Positions 9,029 through 19,727 of a DNA stretch of 64,000 nucleotides are shown here, one piece after another. The notes beneath the pieces are model-generated. The model made no database searches. It was not told the DNA's origin and saw only the letters and a list, made by a program, of their open reading frames with translations. This DNA comes from an uncultured Burkholderiales bacterium (GTDB taxonomy: Bacteria; Bacteroidota; Bacteroidia; UBA8524): positions 53,280-117,279 of the forward strand of contig CAZUIT010000006.1 of assembly GCA_964620355.1 (NCBI GenBank), in the 5' to 3' direction. Position numbers and translations under genes: made by a program. How positions within the stretch are numbered: position 1 is the first letter of the stretch; every line of letters starts with the position of its first letter.

Positions 9029-12000
9029 CTAGTCTGGGTAAAGAACCGTTACATTACCTTTAGCGGCCACTCCTCTTCCTGTGACACTATTATACTGAAT
9101 TAAATAGCCGAAAACCCCTTCAGGAACAGGAACACCGCGGTAGGTTCCATCCCATAAATTCAAGATATCATCTGTTTCGAAGAGAATTTCTCCCCAGCGA
9201 TCAAATATGATCATTTTGAAATTGGTAATCTCACAATAACTAGGACCAAAGAAGTCGTTTTTTCCATCTCCATTCGGAGTAAAAACATTTGGAATATAAG
9301 ACACACAAGAACAATCCTTAAAATAAACTTCAATAGAATCTAAGGCCGTCCCGCAGACATTTGATACTTCCAGCACATACATTCCTGGGTCAATAATCCA
9401 CTTGATTGAGTCGCCACTTCCATCACCCCAATACAAACTATCCCCTAATTGATGGATGACATTTACAGTAAAAGTATCGCCTTGACAGAGTGATTGATCA
9501 ATTCCAAGATTAAGAGCTGGCGGGTAGAGCTCAGTGATATAAATGGAATCATTCAAAATACAATTCTGTTTTTCAATGCTAACCGAATACCACCCTGAGC
9601 TTTTGGCCCAAATGGAATTGGTGCTCGATCCATCATTCCAATTCACGGTATATCCATTATTTTGAAATTCTAGATACAGGCTATCACCCTCACAAAAGGC
9701 ATCATCTCCAGTGATATCTGGAGGTGTATTCATGCGTTCAACAAGTATAGAATCTTCATAGGTGCAGGTACCCTCTGAAACTAATACAGCAAGCACCCCT
9801 TCCCCATTGTAATAAGTAAACGTATCGCCACTTGCTCCATTCGACCAAGCTATATTGCTATAAAATTGGTTGATGAAATATAACCCAGAATCCTCTTTGC
9901 ATAAAAAATCTGGTCCAGTCATGGTAACATTAGGGCCAACAGACTGAATCACATGAGTATCCAGAGTGGAACAATAGTTTCTGGAGATTTCAACGCGATA
10001 AGTTCCCGATTGGGTCAAATTCCGTAATCTACTCGTATCCAAGTCATCCCAAAGCACGTCAACCCCTGCATGCAGATAGTCAATCAACACTCCATTTGGG
10101 GCACATACAACAGAATCCATGCGGTATTTCAACGTATCCAAGTTCTCAATTTTTAGGCTCAATGAATCCGTATTTGAACAACCTGTCCAGAAGTCATACA
10201 CATCCAAGTACACCTTCTTATTTTCTCCAACCCACACTTTCGGTTGAGCGCTGATTGAATCTGAAAAATCGATACCTGGATGCCATGTATAGGCCAGGGA
10301 GCTTAAAAAGGTTTCCCCTACCTCGATAGAATCAGCGAAGCAGAGAACAGAATCTGGCCCCATAAGGGTAATTGGATTTTTGAGCACATATGCCTTTAAT
10401 TCAAAAGTGTCTGTACCGCAGAAATCTTGAACCACCAGCTTCACCTCGTAAGTGCCTGGATTCGGATAAATGACATTTGGTGCAAATTTCCCTGTATAAC
10501 TCGTCAGGCTCGCTGAAGAGCCAAAAATCCAGGTGAATATTGCACTTGGCTTTGCAACGGACTTATTGATAAAGGCAAAAGAATCGCCAGGACAAACAAC
10601 AGGAGGCTCTATTTCGAACTTCGCAAAACTCCTGCAGCAAGTTCCATTGACGAATATAAAAACTGAATCCCTTGCTCTATTGCCAAGGCTATCAATAATT
10701 TCAACTTTAATCCAAGATGAGCTTGATAGTGAGGCGGTAGGTGACCTTAAGGAAGAATCATTAAAGACTGAATATGGCGTCCAGTTATAGCTGACTTTTC
10801 CCAGATTACATACAAGACTCCCTATGCCTACTGAAAAAGAATCTAAGGAACAAACCGTGTCTTCAACCGCAATTTCTACGTTTAGGTTTTCAAATATTTC
10901 AATTTGTCTACTTAGCGTGTCAAAGCAAGCTGGATTTCCATTGTTACCAACAATTAGCGTGACATCATAAACTCCTTTACTAGGAAAAACAAATTGAGGC
11001 GAAGGGATTCCCTCAATCACATCATTCGGAGTGAACTGCCATTTGAAATAAGTAATGGTCGAGGCACTTAAATCCACCGAGGTATTAGTAAATCGACTCG
11101 CATTGCCAGCGCAACTCGTTTGCACCTCAAAATCAGCGGTAACCTTGCAGCCAGGCACACTGGGCGCTTGGTTCACACAAACATTTACCGTATCGATAAT
11201 ATTATTCCAGTTTTTAACAGTGGTATTAACTGTATTGGCATTGACGCCATCATTTGTATAGGCTGAAACATTCGCTCTAGGAAGAGTCAAGTTATTAATG
11301 GTAAAGGTCACCCCTGTTTCATTACAGCCGCCAGCAAAACCACATTCATTGGCCTTGAATAGCATCAAATCCTTACCTGAAGAGCCAAAACCAGAGGTAT
11401 GGAAGCCAAAAACTAAACCCCCATCTGATGTCTCAACGATACATTGACTCCAAGAGTCTTGCTGTTCATCGCTCGAACTACCATATCTCCTTGACCAGAC
11501 GACATTTCCTGACTTATTAAATTTAACATTGAAAATTTCATAACCATTCCCGTAGCCATTTGTATAACCCGTTATAACAAAGCCGGAATCGCTTGTAGCT
11601 GCTACCCCAGTCGGCCTTGTATTTCCGTTATTACTTAGAATTTTCGCCCATGAAACATTTCCCGAGGTATCAATTACAAAAACTTGCAAATTAAAAACCG
11701 AGCTATTGCTACTTGACAAGCTGGCTACCGCAATCTTTCCATCCTTCAAAGTTGTAGCCGCTATCGCTGCATCAAACAAGGAAGTGCTGTATCTGTATTC
11801 ATTTAGAATAGTGCCGTCAGTAGTGATCTTAGCTAAATAACTGACATATGGCGACGTGAAATGATCACCATGCCCTATCAACCAAATATTACCACTTGGG
11901 AGCTGTTCGAAAGAAATGAAATGAGTGGTAGTAGTAGAAGCAAATCCGAATTTTTTATTCCAAAGCACATTCCCGGAGGAATCAGTTCTAATAACATAGG

Positions 12001-14308
12001 CATCCTGAGCTCCTGACTTTGGCGAGGACCCAGAAGTTCCACCAATCAAATAGCCACCGTCTGCCAATTGAGCAACGGCCCTTCCATAATCAGTACCTGA
12101 TCCTCCAAAACGTGTTTGAATTTGAATGGTTCCAGATTTCGTCAACTTTAAAAAATACAGATCTTCTCCCCCCGCGCCGAACCCAGTTGTCACTGCTGTA
12201 ATAGCAAATCCAGAATCGGCCGTTTGCGTCGACTTAATGCTATAACCCTTTTCTACGCCTGAACTACCCATCGACTGGGCCCAAATTACTTTACCCGTAT
12301 CATTTGTGCGTATGGCGAATACATCTTGTCCGCCTGCTCCTAATGAGGTGGTCGTCCCAATTAGCATAAAGCCTCCATCAACGCACTTAATTACATTATG
12401 CATCTCTTCGACGCCAGATGCTTTTAGATGCTTCTGAAATGTATTGGTACCATTCGTGCAATTTCCATTGCTAAAACTTTGTACAACTACAATTGCTGAG
12501 CCATAAGGAACACCTCCGCAATTCACATCAAAAATTGAATCAATCACATAATTTGCTGTATTCTGGGGTGTGACAGGAAATGAATATTGCTTCGTAGGAA
12601 TATTTTCTATCCAATAGGAAAATGCTCCATTTTTCAATTTCACACGAAATGGTGGGGTTCCCGTAAAATTGATATTCAACATGGCCGAGTAGCCAGTAGG
12701 AATGGTATAATTACCACTCAGCGTAGCGGTAGGTAAGGCAACTGTGATGTAAGCTGTCTTTTCGAGCGAATCCGCGCCTTTAACGTTTTGCACCCATAGT
12801 TTAACCTTATAAATGCCGGCATTTGGATACGTAACAGATGGATTCTGTGTACTTGAAGTCGCGGGTACTCCTCCCTCAAACGACCATTTCCAAGCATTAG
12901 GCTGCCGAAGGCTATTGTCTGTAAACTGAACCTGATTACCAGGACAAACATGATACATGTCAGCATCGAATAATGCGTAAACTGACTTCACACATTTCAT
13001 GGCAGCCTCTGCATTAATCCTTCCTGCTCCTAAATTTCCAGGAAACTGTGGGTTTAAGGCATCAATATTAACGCTAGTTGACTTGATGCAATCCTCAATC
13101 ATTTGAGGTGTCATAAGTGGATCCTTCGAAAGCATAAGTGCTGCTAACGAAGACACCAATGAAGAGGATGCAGAGGTCCCACTCATATAAGCATAAGCAG
13201 AATTAGATGTTGCTATTGCACTCCATATGACTTCACCAGGTGCCATTACGTCTGTGAGGCCTCCAAAATTTGACCAAATGGATTTGATATCCATCGAGTC
13301 TGTAGCACCCACAGAGATAACATATGGGTAATTGGCAGGATAAATTGGAACATCAGTACCTCCATTCCCCGCAGCGGCAATGCAGACGATTCCTTGCTGA
13401 TTTGCAACCAATAAAATTTGTTTCATCGGTGAAGATTGTCGAACATCTCCGAATGACAGATTAATTACGTTTGCCTTTGCTGCAACTGCATATTCTATCC
13501 CTTGCACTAAATGTGTTAACAAGCCCACTCTAGAAGAGCTTCGCGCCGCTTTTACTGGAATAATTCGAATATTATAGCCCAAGGAAGCCATACCAATGGC
13601 ATTGTTAGTCTGTGCTCCAGCAATCCCGGCACAATGCGTTCCATGGCTAAAGTATTGGTTTGTTATAAAGGTTGGGGGTGGTCTTACATCTGGGTCATTG
13701 TCGGCCACATCGAAGCCATTAAAATCATCGATATAGCCATTCATGTCGTCATCAATTCCATTTCCCGGAATTTCATTCGGATTTTTCCAGATAGCTCCTA
13801 TTAAATCTTCATGGTCCAACAATACTCCATCGTCGATAATTGCAATGGTAATAAGTGAGTCTCCTACGCTTTCATCCCAGGCTTGTTCGGCATTGACCTT
13901 CCTCAATCCCCATTGTCTCCCATTCAAATCATTAGGAATTAGTAGGTGCTGATATATGGGGATTTCTTCAACAAACTCAATCCAAGGGCATTGATTCGCC
14001 TTGGAAAATAAAACTAGCTTATACTCAGGGCCTATTACTTCAAGCGTATAGAAAGGACGAAGCGAGTCATGCTCCAATTTGAATGTCTTTTCATACGCAA
14101 TAATCAAGTTTTCAGTAAGGAGAATATCTAAACTATCCGTCACAGCTTCCTCTGTCACTTGATTGAAGTTTATCTTCAAATACATTTGATTCGGCTCAGT
14201 TTGAGCAGCAAGATTATTGGGAATCATCATGCAAAACAGACTAACAAAAGCCCATTTGGAAAAGTTGCTCAAACGATTGAAAAAGAGGCGACTCATCTTT
14301 GTTTCCAT
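9029..14308 (-). CDS. S8 subtilase + PKD domains + beta-propeller repeats + T9SS type B (gliding motility-associated) C-terminal domain; copy 1
   Basis: IAIIDDG (Asp), HGTHCAG (His), AAGNG (oxyanion Asn), GTSASSS (Ser); PKD WKWSFEGG...YKVKLWV; repeated ~50-aa T.DGGF...D.Y.IK.D..G...W units; CTD YIPNVFTPNGDGKND...IFDRWGE...WDGTYRG. Confidence 0.9.
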   Translation of the reverse strand: METKMSRLFFNRLSNFSKWAFVSLFCMMIPNNLAAQTEPNQMYLKINFNQVTEEAVTDSLDILLTENLIIAYEKTFKLEHDSLRPFYTLEVIGPEYKLVLFSKANQCPWIEFVEEIPIYQHLLIPNDLNGRQWGLRKVNAEQAWDESVGDSLITIAIIDDGVLLDHEDLIGAIWKNPNEIPGNGIDDDMNGYIDDFNGFDVADNDPDVRPPPTFITNQYFSHGTHCAGIAGAQTNNAIGMASLGYNIRIIPVKAARSSSRVGLLTHLVQGIEYAVAAKANVINLSFGDVRQSSPMKQILLVANQQGIVCIAAAGNGGTDVPIYPANYPYVISVGATDSMDIKSIWSNFGGLTDVMAPGEVIWSAIATSNSAYAYMSGTSASSSLVSSLAALMLSKDPLMTPQMIEDCIKSTSVNIDALNPQFPGNLGAGRINAEAAMKCVKSVYALFDADMYHVCPGNQVQFTDNSLRQPNAWKWSFEGGVPATSSTQNPSVTYPNAGIYKVKLWVQNVKGADSLEKTAYITVALPTATLSGNYTIPTGYSAMLNINFTGTPPFRVKLKNGAFSYWIENIPTKQYSFPVTPQNTANYVIDSIFDVNCGGVPYGSAIVVVQSFSNGNCTNGTNTFQKHLKASGVEEMHNVIKCVDGGFMLIGTTTSLGAGGQDVFAIRTNDTGKVIWAQSMGSSGVEKGYSIKSTQTADSGFAITAVTTGFGAGGEDLYFLKLTKSGTIQIQTRFGGSGTDYGRAVAQLADGGYLIGGTSGSSPKSGAQDAYVIRTDSSGNVLWNKKFGFASTTTTHFISFEQLPSGNIWLIGHGDHFTSPYVSYLAKITTDGTILNEYRYSTSLFDAAIAATTLKDGKIAVASLSSSNSSVFNLQVFVIDTSGNVSWAKILSNNGNTRPTGVAATSDSGFVITGYTNGYGNGYEIFNVKFNKSGNVVWSRRYGSSSDEQQDSWSQCIVETSDGGLVFGFHTSGFGSSGKDLMLFKANECGFAGGCNETGVTFTINNLTLPRANVSAYTNDGVNANTVNTTVKNWNNIIDTVNVCVNQAPSVPGCKVTADFEVQTSCAGNASRFTNTSVDLSASTITYFKWQFTPNDVIEGIPSPQFVFPSKGVYDVTLIVGNNGNPACFDTLSRQIEIFENLNVEIAVEDTVCSLDSFSVGIGSLVCNLGKVSYNWTPYSVFNDSSLRSPTASLSSSSWIKVEIIDSLGNRARDSVFIFVNGTCCRSFAKFEIEPPVVCPGDSFAFINKSVAKPSAIFTWIFGSSASLTSYTGKFAPNVIYPNPGTYEVKLVVQDFCGTDTFELKAYVLKNPITLMGPDSVLCFADSIEVGETFLSSLAYTWHPGIDFSDSISAQPKVWVGENKKVYLDVYDFWTGCSNTDSLSLKIENLDTLKYRMDSVVCAPNGVLIDYLHAGVDVLWDDLDTSRLRNLTQSGTYRVEISRNYCSTLDTHVIQSVGPNVTMTGPDFLCKEDSGLYFINQFYSNIAWSNGASGDTFTYYNGEGVLAVLVSEGTCTYEDSILVERMNTPPDITGDDAFCEGDSLYLEFQNNGYTVNWNDGSSTNSIWAKSSGWYSVSIEKQNCILNDSIYITELYPPALNLGIDQSLCQGDTFTVNVIHQLGDSLYWGDGSGDSIKWIIDPGMYVLEVSNVCGTALDSIEVYFKDCSCVSYIPNVFTPNGDGKNDFFGPSYCEITNFKMIIFDRWGEILFETDDILNLWDGTYRGVPVPEGVFGYLIQYNSVTGRGVAAKGNVTVLYPD

Positions 14309-14312
14309 TCGG

Positions 14313-17300
14313 CTAATTTTTTGGCCTTAATAGCATCAAAGCCCCATTTTCTGTTTTGTCTTCACCATTCAGCGTTTTGTATTTAATGAGATAGACATAT
14401 GCTCCTTCTTGAGCTGGGGTCCCTTGATAACTTCCATCCCAGCCATGCTCCAGCGTTGTGGTTTTGTACATGATTTCTCCCCACATACTCAATATGATCA
14501 TCGAATAGTCAGTGACTTCACATAATTCTGCTTTGAAAAAATCATTCAGTCCATCGTTATTCGGTGAGAAAGCATTTGGGATATAAGGGATACATGTACA
14601 GTCTTCCGTAAAAACGCGAATTGTATCTACCGCTGTATTACAGAAGTTAGTCATCTGAACAATGTACAGACCCGAATCCGTGAATGCCCTAAATGAATCT
14701 AGAGAACCATCATTCCAAATTAAAGAGCCTTCATTTATACGTGGTATCGCAATTTCAAATGTATCACCAATGCAAATTTTAATATCCGGATAATCATCAA
14801 TAAATACGCGATTAAGCAGTTTCAACTCAACCGAATCATAATTAAAACAACCTTGATATTCTGAACGGACACTTACAAACCCGGCCGTATCATACCACGA
14901 TTTCGAAAGTGTATCACCATTGCTCCAGAGAACAGAAATATTAGGAGAAAGCGTTACTTGCATTTCAACGCTATCTAACTCACAAATTGTTCTGAAACCG
15001 CCAATGAATAAGTGCTCATTGAACTGATCAACCAAGACGCTGTCTTCGCTAAGACATCCATACCAAAGGGTACTAAGATGAAGCCATCCGGAGTCTTTTT
15101 TAGTGTAAACATCCAGCGTATCCACTCTATTCCAGAGCAAAGAGTCATATGGATTGTTGGCGATAAAGAGACCTGAGTCCTTTTCGCAAATTAAGCCGGG
15201 ACCCAGAATCTGAGCCTGATAGTCCACACTTCGGCAAATTACGGTATCTCTTGTTTGACAAAAGTTACGTTGAATGGTGGCTGTATAGAACCCTGAGTCA
15301 CGAAAACTTCTGATTAAAGAGTCACTGCCATCATCCCAAACTATGGAAACACCAGTATTGCTATAATCTACGCTAAATTGGTTCGGGTAACAAACTAGAC
15401 TATCTATTGCTTGCCGAAGCGTATCTATGTTTTCAAGCGTTAGATTGATTGTATCAAATGCAGAACAACCTAACCATTCATCTCGCAATTCTAATTGAAC
15501 AGAAACGTTTCGATTAGTCACCAAAAAGGGTTCGGGTGCAGCTATATCAAGGAAATATTGGCTTGGCGACCAATTAAAGCTGAGCGAAGAGGGAAGTCCG
15601 CCATTCCCGGTAATTTGAATGGTATCAGGCCCACAGAGAATTGAGTCAGGAAAACTTGAAATTAAAGGTGGACCTACAACATAAATATTATCCGTAAACG
15701 TATCTGTTCCGCAAATATCACTTGCGATAATGTCAATAGCATAAATACCCGTGCTTGGATAATATAATTTAGGAGGATTCACACCGATATAGCTGCTTAA
15801 CTGGGCTCCACTAGCAAATGACCATATAAAACTAGCATTGCTTTTCGTGATTGATGCATTGACTAAACCAATCGAGTCTCCTATACAGACAGTTGGTGAT
15901 GGTGAATACCATTTAGCTTTAGCCTCGCAGCACGATTGGTTTACAAAGATAAAGGCAGAGTCTTTCGCAATCCTACCGGCAGAATCAGTTACCTGAACAT
16001 AAATCCACTTGGAAGTATCCATGGCTACAATTGGATTTACAGCTGCAGAATCTAGGAAAAACTTACCTGGTGACCATGCATAATCAAGTCGTCCTGTTGC
16101 ACAGAAAATTTCAGGAGCTGCAAGACGCACTGAATCAAATAGACAAACGGTATCTGGCGCAATAAGGCTGATATTCAAATCATCAAAAATGGTAATTGAT
16201 TTGGTAATCGTGTCATAGCACGAAGGGACTCCATTATTTCCCGAAATAAGTGTTATCAGAAACGTTCCGGCCGTGTCAAAAACATAATTTATTGATCTGT
16301 TTCCGGATATCGTATCCTTCCCTTGGATAATCCACCTTGAGTATACTTGCTGTTTGCCCTTAAAGTCTTTGGATATATCCGTAAACCGACTTGCTTCACC
16401 TGCACATACTAGCTGCTCACTAAAGTCTGCAGAATAATCGCAGGTTTCAGGAATAATCTCATTAATTGAACAAATTTTACTTGCCCCATTATTCAAGCTG
16501 TCTTTCCAATCATAGTTAGATACACTCACAGAATATGCCGTCCCTCCACTATTTGTTGAACTATTGAAAACAGTGCGTGAAAAGTTCAAAGAGTTAACTG
16601 TAAAATTGGCCATTCCCTCATTACACGAACCCGCAATTCCACATGGATCTGCCCGCATCAACATAAGATCAGAACCCTGCGAATTGTAGGATTTAGTGTT
16701 CAAAGTGAAAAACAGACTTCCATCTGATCCCTCAAAAATATTTTTGTTCCATCGATCCGTCGCTTCATCATGGGTTGACCCATATCTTCGCGACCATCTT
16801 ATAGCCCCATTTGCTGCGTACCGTATATTGACTGTTTCTTTAGCTAAGGAATTATCACTTACATACCCGTTCACAACAAAACCCGAATCTGCCGTTGCTG
16901 CAATCGAACAGCCCCAGGCATCAGAAAATCCACCAAGCTGATGTGCCCAAATAACATTGCTCGAGGTATCCATAACCATAGCCAGAATACTAAAGCTTGC
17001 CCCATCATTCGTGCTGTAGACTCCTACGGCAGCAATATTTCCATTGGCCATTCTTGCCGTTTCCATGATGGCGTCAAACTTATTGGTTTGAAGACGACAT
17101 TCTTGAATGACATTACCAACCTCGTCAAACTTGAATGAAAGCGCAACATAATCTGTGCTCAAGTTATCTCCTGCCCCAAAAGCCATAATGTTTCCGCTTT
17201 CCAACTGAATAAGTGAGGTAAGGTGGTATGTTGTCGAGCCTGGAAAACCTCGCTTTTTTGTCCATTCTATCGTGCCAACAGAATCAATTTTCACTAAATA

Positions 17301-19601
17301 TCCATCCTGCCATCCCGTTCTAGGCAAAGACCCGGTAGTTCCAGCTAAGATAAAGCCACCATCCAAGGTTTGAATAAGAGCGCGTCCCAAATCTTCATAG
17401 GACCCTCCAATTCTCTTTTGGTGTAAAATATTACCATTCGCATCCAGTCGAATAAATAACATATCCCAATTAGCGGAACCAAAACCCTTGGTGCTTGCCA
17501 ATACAGCAAAGCCGCTATCCCTTGTTTCTATGGCTTTGATGCTATATCCAATTTCTTGAGCGCTACTTCCAACTACTTTCGACCACATCACGTAGCCTGT
17601 ATCATTTAATCTCGATATGAAAATATCATCATTGCCCGCACCTACTGATTTCGTGAGACCAACCCACAACAAGCCACCTGTTTTGCATGGAATTGTTGCA
17701 TGAGATAACTCATCATTATTTGCACGGTATATTTTTTGAAAAGCATAGGTAGGATTCGAGCATGCGGAATTGGAATATTGGGCAATCGTAATTTTAGCCG
17801 TTCCAGAATCAGTTCCGATGCAATTATCATCATATGCCGAGTCAAGCGAATACGTAGTTGTTTGGCTTGGTGATACAGCATGGTAATAAGGAGTAGCTTG
17901 AATATTATTTATCCAAGTTGAACTAGTTCCATCACTCAATTTCACCCGGAAAGGTGGCTCACCTTGAAAATCAATTCGTAAATTCACTGAATACCCTTGA
18001 GGTACGGTATAGGTTCCACTTAATACCGCATTTGGCACTCCTACCCTGATATAGTCGGTGATTTCAAGCGAATCTGCTCCATACTGATTTGTTACTTTCA
18101 ATTTCACCTTGTAATTACCTGGCGTTGAGTACAGAACTTGTGGATTTTGATTTGTAGAAAAGGAAGGTGCGCCGCCAGCAAATTCCCAAAACCAGGTTGT
18201 TGGATTTTTTAAACTCTGATCTGAAAATTGAACTAAACCGCCTGGGCAAACACTCTTTTTATCACTTGTGAATTGGGCCACAACTGGTTTTATGCAAAGC
18301 AACGCCTGGTGCGCATTAATCCTCCCACTTCCCAAACTCCCCGCATAGGTTGGATTTAGCGCATCGATATCTACAGCCGTAGCCTTTATACAAGCCTCTA
18401 TTTGCGCAGGGGTAAGCGTTGGGTCTTTTGCAAGCATCAGTCCTGCTAAACCAGCCACTAATGGGCAGGCCATCGAAGTTCCGCTCTTGTAACCGTAGCG
18501 ATTATTTCCAGACCCTGGAATAGTGCTATATATTGCTGTCCCTGGCGCCATCACATCTGTTCCCGCTCCATAACTGGAAAAACTAGCTTTCAAATCATTG
18601 GGATCCGTTGCACCAACTGATATAACAAAATCATAATTGGCTGGATATAAAGGAAGGACATTATTACTATTCCCTGCAGCTGAGACAAACACAATTCCTT
18701 GTCTATTTCCGTAGCTAATCAGGTTTTGCGTAGTTTGACTATAGGAGCTCGACCCAAAAGACATGCTGACTACATTGGCTCCTGACGCGACTGCATAAGC
18801 CATACCTTGCAAGGTGGCCGACAATCCTCCGCCTGTTGTATTATCCAACTTTGTCTTTACTGCCATTATTCGGCAGTTAAAGGATAGCGACGCCATTCCT
18901 TTCCCATTATCTGTCCTGGCTCCTGCAATCCCTGCGCAATGCGTTCCATGCGAAAAGGTCGTTGAACCCGTTCCTGAAGGTGGTCTTGGATCATTGTCCC
19001 AATTTGCTGCATCCCAGCCATGAATATCATCGACATAGCCATTTCCATCATCGTCAATACCGTTCCCTGGAATCTCTCTTGGATTATTCCAAATCACAGG
19101 TAACAAGTCCTCGTGATAATATTCAACCGCATCGTCAACAATAGCAATTACAATATTTGTATCACCCTTAACCAAGTCCCACGACGCTTGAGCATTAACT
19201 TTGGCTAGGTGCCATGAGAGCGTTGAACTAAAATCATTCGGCGTATAGAATTGATTGACTTCAGGGACATATTCCACCCATTCAATCCATTTATAATTCT
19301 GATAGCCACTTATAAACTCCTTCGCGCTCAAAGAATCTTTGAACCCAAGTGTATAATGCAATCTGAGTGTATCATCATCAATTTGAAAAGTACGCCAAAA
19401 CCCTTCAATGACACCCGCTTTTTGTAATTCAACGTAATGATCCTCAATGGCACGCTTCCCTTCCGAAGCATAGGACTTATGTTTCGTTTTCGAATAAACT
19501 TCGATATACTCCACTCCTTTGCTTTGGGCGTGGACATCCGTGCTTTTCAACATAGCAAACATTGCTATTAGGATGAAAATGAGAAAGAGTTTTTTCGGCA
19601 T
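14313..19601 (-). CDS. S8 subtilase + PKD domains + beta-propeller repeats + T9SS type B C-terminal domain; copy 2
   Basis: IAIVDDA, HGTHCAG, AAGNS, canonical GTSMACP; same domain order as copy 1; CTD YIPNAFSPNNDGLND...WDGSYQG. Confidence 0.92.
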   Translation of the reverse strand: MPKKLFLIFILIAMFAMLKSTDVHAQSKGVEYIEVYSKTKHKSYASEGKRAIEDHYVELQKAGVIEGFWRTFQIDDDTLRLHYTLGFKDSLSAKEFISGYQNYKWIEWVEYVPEVNQFYTPNDFSSTLSWHLAKVNAQASWDLVKGDTNIVIAIVDDAVEYYHEDLLPVIWNNPREIPGNGIDDDGNGYVDDIHGWDAANWDNDPRPPSGTGSTTFSHGTHCAGIAGARTDNGKGMASLSFNCRIMAVKTKLDNTTGGGLSATLQGMAYAVASGANVVSMSFGSSSYSQTTQNLISYGNRQGIVFVSAAGNSNNVLPLYPANYDFVISVGATDPNDLKASFSSYGAGTDVMAPGTAIYSTIPGSGNNRYGYKSGTSMACPLVAGLAGLMLAKDPTLTPAQIEACIKATAVDIDALNPTYAGSLGSGRINAHQALLCIKPVVAQFTSDKKSVCPGGLVQFSDQSLKNPTTWFWEFAGGAPSFSTNQNPQVLYSTPGNYKVKLKVTNQYGADSLEITDYIRVGVPNAVLSGTYTVPQGYSVNLRIDFQGEPPFRVKLSDGTSSTWINNIQATPYYHAVSPSQTTTYSLDSAYDDNCIGTDSGTAKITIAQYSNSACSNPTYAFQKIYRANNDELSHATIPCKTGGLLWVGLTKSVGAGNDDIFISRLNDTGYVMWSKVVGSSAQEIGYSIKAIETRDSGFAVLASTKGFGSANWDMLFIRLDANGNILHQKRIGGSYEDLGRALIQTLDGGFILAGTTGSLPRTGWQDGYLVKIDSVGTIEWTKKRGFPGSTTYHLTSLIQLESGNIMAFGAGDNLSTDYVALSFKFDEVGNVIQECRLQTNKFDAIMETARMANGNIAAVGVYSTNDGASFSILAMVMDTSSNVIWAHQLGGFSDAWGCSIAATADSGFVVNGYVSDNSLAKETVNIRYAANGAIRWSRRYGSTHDEATDRWNKNIFEGSDGSLFFTLNTKSYNSQGSDLMLMRADPCGIAGSCNEGMANFTVNSLNFSRTVFNSSTNSGGTAYSVSVSNYDWKDSLNNGASKICSINEIIPETCDYSADFSEQLVCAGEASRFTDISKDFKGKQQVYSRWIIQGKDTISGNRSINYVFDTAGTFLITLISGNNGVPSCYDTITKSITIFDDLNISLIAPDTVCLFDSVRLAAPEIFCATGRLDYAWSPGKFFLDSAAVNPIVAMDTSKWIYVQVTDSAGRIAKDSAFIFVNQSCCEAKAKWYSPSPTVCIGDSIGLVNASITKSNASFIWSFASGAQLSSYIGVNPPKLYYPSTGIYAIDIIASDICGTDTFTDNIYVVGPPLISSFPDSILCGPDTIQITGNGGLPSSLSFNWSPSQYFLDIAAPEPFLVTNRNVSVQLELRDEWLGCSAFDTINLTLENIDTLRQAIDSLVCYPNQFSVDYSNTGVSIVWDDGSDSLIRSFRDSGFYTATIQRNFCQTRDTVICRSVDYQAQILGPGLICEKDSGLFIANNPYDSLLWNRVDTLDVYTKKDSGWLHLSTLWYGCLSEDSVLVDQFNEHLFIGGFRTICELDSVEMQVTLSPNISVLWSNGDTLSKSWYDTAGFVSVRSEYQGCFNYDSVELKLLNRVFIDDYPDIKICIGDTFEIAIPRINEGSLIWNDGSLDSFRAFTDSGLYIVQMTNFCNTAVDTIRVFTEDCTCIPYIPNAFSPNNDGLNDFFKAELCEVTDYSMIILSMWGEIMYKTTTLEHGWDGSYQGTPAQEGAYVYLIKYKTLNGEDKTENGALMLLRPKN

Positions 19602-19714
19602 GGTGTTCGAAAATAAATAAAATCAAGTGAAAGTTATACGTATTTTTAATTGGATATATGAAAAATATTCAAACACCCAAACAGTCCTGATGCCGCTCAA
19701 TAAAATGAAGACCC

Positions 19715-19722
19715 TACCTTTG
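19715..19722 (+). promoter_or_regulatory. Bacteroidota primary-sigma -7 box (TAnnTTTG)
   Basis: TACCTTTG, 5 nt before the ATG at 19728. Confidence 0.65.
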
Positions 19723-19727
19723 CACCC

